NCBI GenBank assembly: GCA_003697105.1
Contig: RFFQ01000173.1
Coordinates: 1,976 to 65,975 of the forward strand
Reading direction: 5' to 3'
Length of the DNA stretch: 64,000 nucleotides
Source: Gemmatimonadota bacterium
GTDB lineage: Bacteria; 4572-55; J002
Shown here piece by piece: positions 60,301 to 64,000 of this stretch (its first letter is position 1; every line of letters begins with the position of its first letter). The notes under the pieces were generated by a model, which searched no databases, was not told where the DNA came from, and worked only from the letters and a program-made list of their open reading frames with translations. The translations under genes were made by a program, and so were the position numbers.

Positions 60301-61426
60301 CCCGGATAACTGCGAAACGGATCGGGTGCCGGTGGGAGGTAACAAGGGCAGTTTTGTGGACGATCAGGGTGACCCCGTTGACCGTTACAATCTGGGTGAC
60401 CCGGTCTGTGTGGAAGTGCTGGATAATGACGCCAATATTAATCCGGTGGGGGTGGATAGCATCGATGTGGTGCTTTTTTGTGTGGAAACATTGGATACGC
60501 TGGAAACGATACTTTACGAAACGGGTGTGAATACCGGCTGGTTTAGTGGCTGTATCGATATTGAAGTCAATCCCATTCGTAATTTGGCAGATGATACGCT
60601 GCAAGTGATAGATGGTGCCGAATTGGGTCTGATTTATTGCCCCGAAGTGGGTGCCGAACCTTGCGTGGAAGACCGGGCGATCTACGGCGGAGCGGGTGAA
60701 AATTACGCCGGAGATGCCGCTTTTAAAGATGCTGGCTTTGCAAATCTTAGTGGGGATGAAATCTGCTTAAATCGTGATTTGTACTTGCAAGTAGAAGATG
60801 ATACTACCACCATGAACCCCGACCGCACGCTAGATGCGTCGCTTTATGTGGCAAGTAATCCAAATAATATTTTAGCCGTTACACTGGTACTCGATGAGAC
60901 GGACCGGGAGGGTATTACAAGTCCATTGCGGGCGTATTTTCGGGCGCAACTGCCGTGGTCGCAGGTGCAAGCCGCGCTCAATCTACAATTGGACGATTCA
61001 GTGGTCTTGGCATATGCCGATGCCAATGATGGTGATGCCGACCCCGATAACAATATCAAAACCGCCCAAGTACGGGTAACCAACTGTGATGTCCCTGTTG
61101 AAGGGGGTTATTTGATTGTTTTTCCGAACCCATATAAAGAGACGGATGAAGGAACTGACCCGGTCTTTGAGTATCGTCCCAAAGGATTAGCTACCCTTGA
61201 TAATCTCACCATGACGATCTACAATATTGCCGCTGAGGAGGTACGACGTGTCGGCTTGGCAGATTTTGAGGCATGTACTATTCGTGGCGGTGCTCTCTGT
61301 TTCGCTTGGGATAAGACGAACAATAATGGTAAGGCGGTTTCCAGCGGGACGTATTTTGCCGTTGTAGAAGCCACTGGCGGTGGCAAGTCAGACCGGCAAA
61401 CCGTCAAGCTGTTTCTGGTACGATAA
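57356..61426 (+). CDS. giant secreted protein: BNR/Asp-box beta-propeller, about four tandem Cys-containing repeat domains of roughly 125 aa, and a T9SS type-A (FlgD-Ig-like) C-terminal sorting domain
   Basis: Signal / transmembrane start. Repeated T(T/S)DGG.TW motifs, and DNA- and protein-level tandem repeats at 59600-60700. C-terminal ...TMTIYNIAAEEVRRV ... SGTYFAVVEA ... KLFLVR. Confidence 0.75.
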   Translation: MINHTPYTLATSKQVGLGIFLLCWLVFVGTAGSWPFDFDTADGIDTFNGTTYIDTDAGELMISAPPVILTDGEGGTPFADTLSGANASRVTVRPELIHLKNIDIFTEDFTTTQYRGEATTALWVTRRGGGITLQFAEGNWRPQESGSIRDFNDIEFISKDIGWVAGGNAATPAMYKTTDGGATWTNITASLPPGTSELQDIDFSSSSMLAVGGGISGTIIISEDRGETWIRLNRPVDADGDSLFDITSVDFIDRMEGWVSAEYGHIFHTTDGGQTWVDQLEGVDRDINDLVFIDHQQGWAFGGQGTILKTTNGGEEWIPINAGLSATLHDGTYRRWNSTNYIFTVGDGGVISRTTSGGNEWSGTELSDQAGNLNSIVVREFDNALHGWISTESGAIYRCINLQDDPAEWNWFAQETGTRESLHDITVRVVTGAMQESNFVAWACGRRGTILYNPLYEGEGEVVSTDVVATHPTAITGVTLTADLDSLDGSGHITFYVSNNRGDSWTQIDELGVFQPIPVSSGCDCNTLAWRAELSTDNLDFSPAIFEVRIDYQHGYETSGTYASPIYDFGSAAQQRRFQAVTWASTVPEGTSLHLWGDLYDADRNLLRSIDMGTSGSYTFDLQSLLSVGNQFRYRVVMQTGDMSATPELTQVVVQTAYLSSGRAKPENRLTAVNIKEWDRVIVDLAEFNPPTHSLEMLVFKNGAQIFDLPPLVYETGRVTRDVSGIPTDGDLNVELRLSTASGSTTPRINRLTITYQSYSQTYFVDENGNSRTKYNLGEPICGEVVDRDANTDPTSTQTVPVTFSCDETGDVLVTTLTELGINSERFRGCILQEVNPVANVEDAILQVVDGATIRVRYVDPEDPEDQSEDQARIGQAEKGVSFIDENGNPVDRYDVTDSVCVEVIDPEANLSPVAIDSVDVLLYNDVTLDTLFVWLFETGNDTGVFRGCIETEINPIRDLADRKLQIYDDSDIGVIYCPDSDPDNCETDRVPVGGNKGSFVDDQGDPVDRYNLGDPVCVEVLDNDANINPVGVDSIDVVLFCVETLDTLETILYETGVNTGWFSGCIDIEVNPIRNLADDTLQVIDGAELGLIYCPEVGAEPCVEDRAIYGGAGENYAGDAAFKDAGFANLSGDEICLNRDLYLQVEDDTTTMNPDRTLDASLYVASNPNNILAVTLVLDETDREGITSPLRAYFRAQLPWSQVQAALNLQLDDSVVLAYADANDGDADPDNNIKTAQVRVTNCDVPVEGGYLIVFPNPYKETDEGTDPVFEYRPKGLATLDNLTMTIYNIAAEEVRRVGLADFEACTIRGGALCFAWDKTNNNGKAVSSGTYFAVVEATGGGKSDRQTVKLFLVR

Positions 61427-61459
61427 ACCCAAAGCGTATAAGTTGAGGAGGTTTTTACA

Positions 61460-63319
61460 ATGAAACAAATTCTGCGTATTGCTCTTATCATGGCGCTGTC
61501 CATGTTCGCTTGGGGGAGCGTATCTATCGCGGTTGCCGCGGAGGATGATGCCGGTACGGATGGCGCGGCGTTTATGAAGGTTGCTTTGGGTGCGCGTCAA
61601 GCGGGAATGGGCGAAGCTTTTACCGGTCTGGCAGATGATGGCTATGCGATTCAGTATAACCCTGCGGGGATCGTGTTTATGGGTCGCTGGCGGCTTGATG
61701 CCGTCGGTAATCCGATGGTGCGGAAGTGGAACTGGGAATTTACCTTCATGCGCAACCAATGGATGGATGATACCAACCAGAATTATGTCGGGCTGGTACA
61801 TCCCATGGGGGATTGGGCGCTTTCGCTCGGTGCCATCTATTTTGATGAAGGCTCCGTCGATGAACGGGATCGTATGGGGAATCTGACCGGTAGTAGCGCC
61901 AGTGCCTATGATGCCGTTCCATCGCTGGGGATTGCTTACCGGCTCAGCAAACATCTCGGGGTAGGTGTTACCGGACGGATGTTATACAGCAATATCGCGG
62001 ACGAGACCGCTACCGGTTTCTCTGCGGATGTGGGTTTACTGGCAAATTTTGAGACCTTTATGATCGGAGCTTCAGCCCAAAATCTGGGGTCAACGCTTCA
62101 ATTTTTGGAGCAATCGGATAATAACCCGATGGTCTTTCGGGGTGGGATTGCGATTCCATTGCTCAGTTGGGTCTCCCAACCGGCATTGAAAAGTGACCTT
62201 GTCATTACCAGTGACATCGTTTACCGGCAAGATAATAAACCCTACTTTAATGTGGGGGGTGAATATGTCTGGAATGATTTACTGGCATTACGTGGTGGCT
62301 ACAAAGCCCAAACGGATATTGAAGGGTTGACTCTGGGAGCAGGATTCATGTTAGGTGATCGTGATAACTATGAGTTGCAAATTGATTATGCTTATGCGCC
62401 GCTCGATGTCATCCAAGAGGATATGCACCGGGTGAGTTTGACGTTACGATTTGGTCCGCAGTTAGGTAAAACACGCACGGCGCCGATAATGACCCGCCCA
62501 CCAGCGCCTGCCCCACCGGCTCCCGTGAAGAGTGAACGCGAAATATTAGCCCAGCCCGAGCGCGTTGAAGATATTGTGGGCACGGATGATGAATCGATTG
62601 AAATTGTCGCCCCGGAAAGTGCGGAAGAGTGGATCCGGTTGCGGGTGCGCATCAATTTTGATTTTGATAAATCGGATATTCGCCCCGATATGGAACCGAC
62701 CTTACAAAAAGTGGGTGAAATCTTACGGTTAGCTCCCAATAGCATGATTCAGTTGGAAGGTCATACCGATGCAATTGGTTCCGAAGCGTACAATATTGGT
62801 TTGTCCTATCGCCGGGCAACTTCGGTGATGGATTGGCTCATCAAGCATGAACAGATTGCCAAAAAGAATTTCCTGAAACCGGTAGGGTACGGGGAAACCC
62901 GCCCCATTGCACCGAATTCTACGGCGGAAGGTCGCTGGATGAATCGCCGCGTGGTTGTGATTGTCTATAACCCGGGCGTGAAGAACAATGTTAAACCGGC
63001 AACCGAATTGAAAGACGTTCAGGTTCGGTCTGGGGCATTAGGAGGAAGTGTCGAAGTGGCGATGACATTTGATGGCATGATTCAACCTCAAACACCCTTC
63101 AGCCTACCCAATCCGGAGCGGTTGGTGATCGACTTGCCGGGAGTGCTGGCAGCTTTTGAGTCCAAAACCATTCCCAGTACACTCGGTGCCGTCCAGCAAG
63201 TTCGGGTGATGTCCCACCAGGAGGGGAATTTCACCCGTGTCGTACTCGACTTGACCAAACCCTCCTCATACGAAATGAAAGTTGAAGATAATCAAGCAAT
63301 TCTTTTAATCAGTCCCTAA
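61460..63319 (+). CDS. outer-membrane fusion protein: PorV/PorQ-like beta-barrel, Pro-rich linker, OmpA-like peptidoglycan-binding domain, and C-terminal AMIN domain
   Basis: N-terminal GARQAGMGEAFTGLADDGYAIQYNPAGI is PorV/UPF0164-like. OmpA motif LEGHTDAIGSEAYNIGLSYRRA ... NRRVVV. C-terminal AMIN-like RVVLDL segment. Confidence 0.7.
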   Translation: MKQILRIALIMALSMFAWGSVSIAVAAEDDAGTDGAAFMKVALGARQAGMGEAFTGLADDGYAIQYNPAGIVFMGRWRLDAVGNPMVRKWNWEFTFMRNQWMDDTNQNYVGLVHPMGDWALSLGAIYFDEGSVDERDRMGNLTGSSASAYDAVPSLGIAYRLSKHLGVGVTGRMLYSNIADETATGFSADVGLLANFETFMIGASAQNLGSTLQFLEQSDNNPMVFRGGIAIPLLSWVSQPALKSDLVITSDIVYRQDNKPYFNVGGEYVWNDLLALRGGYKAQTDIEGLTLGAGFMLGDRDNYELQIDYAYAPLDVIQEDMHRVSLTLRFGPQLGKTRTAPIMTRPPAPAPPAPVKSEREILAQPERVEDIVGTDDESIEIVAPESAEEWIRLRVRINFDFDKSDIRPDMEPTLQKVGEILRLAPNSMIQLEGHTDAIGSEAYNIGLSYRRATSVMDWLIKHEQIAKKNFLKPVGYGETRPIAPNSTAEGRWMNRRVVVIVYNPGVKNNVKPATELKDVQVRSGALGGSVEVAMTFDGMIQPQTPFSLPNPERLVIDLPGVLAAFESKTIPSTLGAVQQVRVMSHQEGNFTRVVLDLTKPSSYEMKVEDNQAILLISP

Positions 63320-63633
63320 TCTTTTTTAGACGCCCAAACGATACTTTCGGAAGGAAACCAAGGGTTGAGTTATGCGACCAGAAGCATTGTGATATGGAAT
63401 TCGTAGCGGATTTTCGGATACGTGACCGTGACCGGCTTCTGATCGGATTGGGGGAAATGACCACAGCGATGTTAAGTCACACGGAGTTGGCGGTTTTGAA
63501 CTCTGAGGTTTAGACCCCTCGCTAAAGACAGACAAAGCAAAGCAAAAAACGGGATTCTTTACTGGTGCTCACGTGATGCTTAATTCCTGTGGTCGTCCCC
63601 CGAAACCCTTAACCGATGTTATCATGCCCTCAC

Positions 63634-63669
63634 AAAACCGCATTAGTTGCCCACTGATGCGGTTTTTTT
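63634..63669 (+). terminator. Rho-independent terminator with no coding gene upstream
   Basis: aaaaccgcat ... atgcggtttt followed by ttttt, about 315 nt after the nearest upstream stop. Confidence 0.5.
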
Positions 63670-63776
63670 CATGCTTGACAATTGCGGTAGGATTTTGCTA
63701 GCATTATTGGGGATGCGTCCGGCGCATCCCTAAATTCAATTTCCTATTTTATCACTTTCATTTTCAGGAGGTTATC

Positions 63777-64000
63777 TTGGAAAAAACGTATACTATGATC
63801 AAACCGGACGCCGTAAAAAAGGGCGTGATCGGCAAAATGATCTACCGGATTGAAGAAGCCGGTTTTGCGATTCGTGCCATGCGAATGGCAACGTTAACAA
63901 CCGAACGGGCGCAAGAATTTTATGCTGTACATAAAGAACGTCCTTTTTACGGTGAATTGGTGGAGTTTATGACCTCCGGACCGGTCGTGATGATGGTCTT
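63777..64000 (+). CDS. ndk: nucleoside diphosphate kinase, 3' partial
   Basis: TTG start after an AGGAGG RBS. Motifs [12 protein letters not shown] and [26 protein letters not shown]. Confidence 0.85.
   Translation, partial: MEKTYTMIKPDAVKKGVIGKMIYRIEEAGFAIRAMRMATLTTERAQEFYAVHKERPFYGELVEFMTSGPVVMMV

Noticed and set aside
59600-60700. About 375-bp near-tandem DNA repeats that could be taken for a repeat array
   Set aside because: They are in-frame domain duplications within the giant T9SS cargo gene and maintain the ORF, so this is protein repeat expansion. It is noted under the cargo finding.
63345-63375. GGAAGGAA...CCAAGG motif reminiscent of SRP RNA (4.5S) domain IV
   Set aside because: The flanking sequence does not form the conserved helix-8 symmetric loop or the rest of the 4.5S fold. 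Retained only as part of the candidate-sRNA finding.
63326-63535. 69 aa minus-strand ORF in the OmpA-ndk intergenic tract
   Set aside because: No RBS. The sequence is Pro/Ser-rich and low-complexity. The region is better explained as non-coding.
1-64000. Search for CRISPR arrays, integrases, transposases, toxin-antitoxin pairs or restriction-modification genes
   Set aside because: None found. There are no short interspaced direct repeats, no recombinase- or transposase-like ORFs, and the gene content is core housekeeping plus envelope genes.

Overview
This 64 kb window is a densely coding piece of bacterial chromosome at about 50% GC, with no obvious mobile DNA and no CRISPR array. Two giant proteins carry T9SS-type C-terminal sorting domains, so the host is probably in the FCB superphylum. 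The mapped promoters are nonetheless canonical sigma70 (TTGAC[AG]-17-TATAAT-like), and adjacent genes are often coupled by NTGA overlaps with TTG or GTG starts.

Content is mostly housekeeping:
- A 5' partial DUF1611/CPGS-like P-loop gene.
- An iron-type ABC importer (binding lipoprotein, two-domain permease, ATPase).
- A menC-like enolase fused into a contiguous shikimate operon aroE-aroC-aroK-aroB-aroQ, with aroA-menF placed elsewhere.
- A diheme cytochrome c.
- A 1447 aa LamG / choice-of-anchor-D protein ending in a dockerin, driven by a perfect sigma70 promoter.
- tRNA-Glu(UUC), accD, a purine nucleoside phosphorylase, and an envelope operon (LytR_C, TPR, DUF5683-like, FN3 plus beta-propeller lipoprotein).
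- folB-folK, a Ser/Thr kinase with an extracellular domain, and mltF.
- A three-gene lipoprotein / beta-barrel / lipoprotein surface cluster.
- A long minus-strand operon: bactofilin, bactofilin, tsaD, gatC, gatA, TPR, a tandem double DnaA-like AAA+ protein, and a small secreted protein.
- An AmiC-type amidase, an M32 carboxypeptidase, a membrane-fused spermidine synthase, and the rpsP-KH-rimM-trmD-rplS operon.
- MscS, a 1356 aa BNR-propeller T9SS cargo, a PorV-like / OmpA / AMIN fusion protein, and a partial ndk.

The most unusual element is the 697 aa protein at 32948-35041. It consists of two complete DnaA domain-III ATPase modules in tandem, with no DnaA domain I and no domain-IV DNA-binding domain, and it is co-transcribed with bactofilins and a TPR protein.
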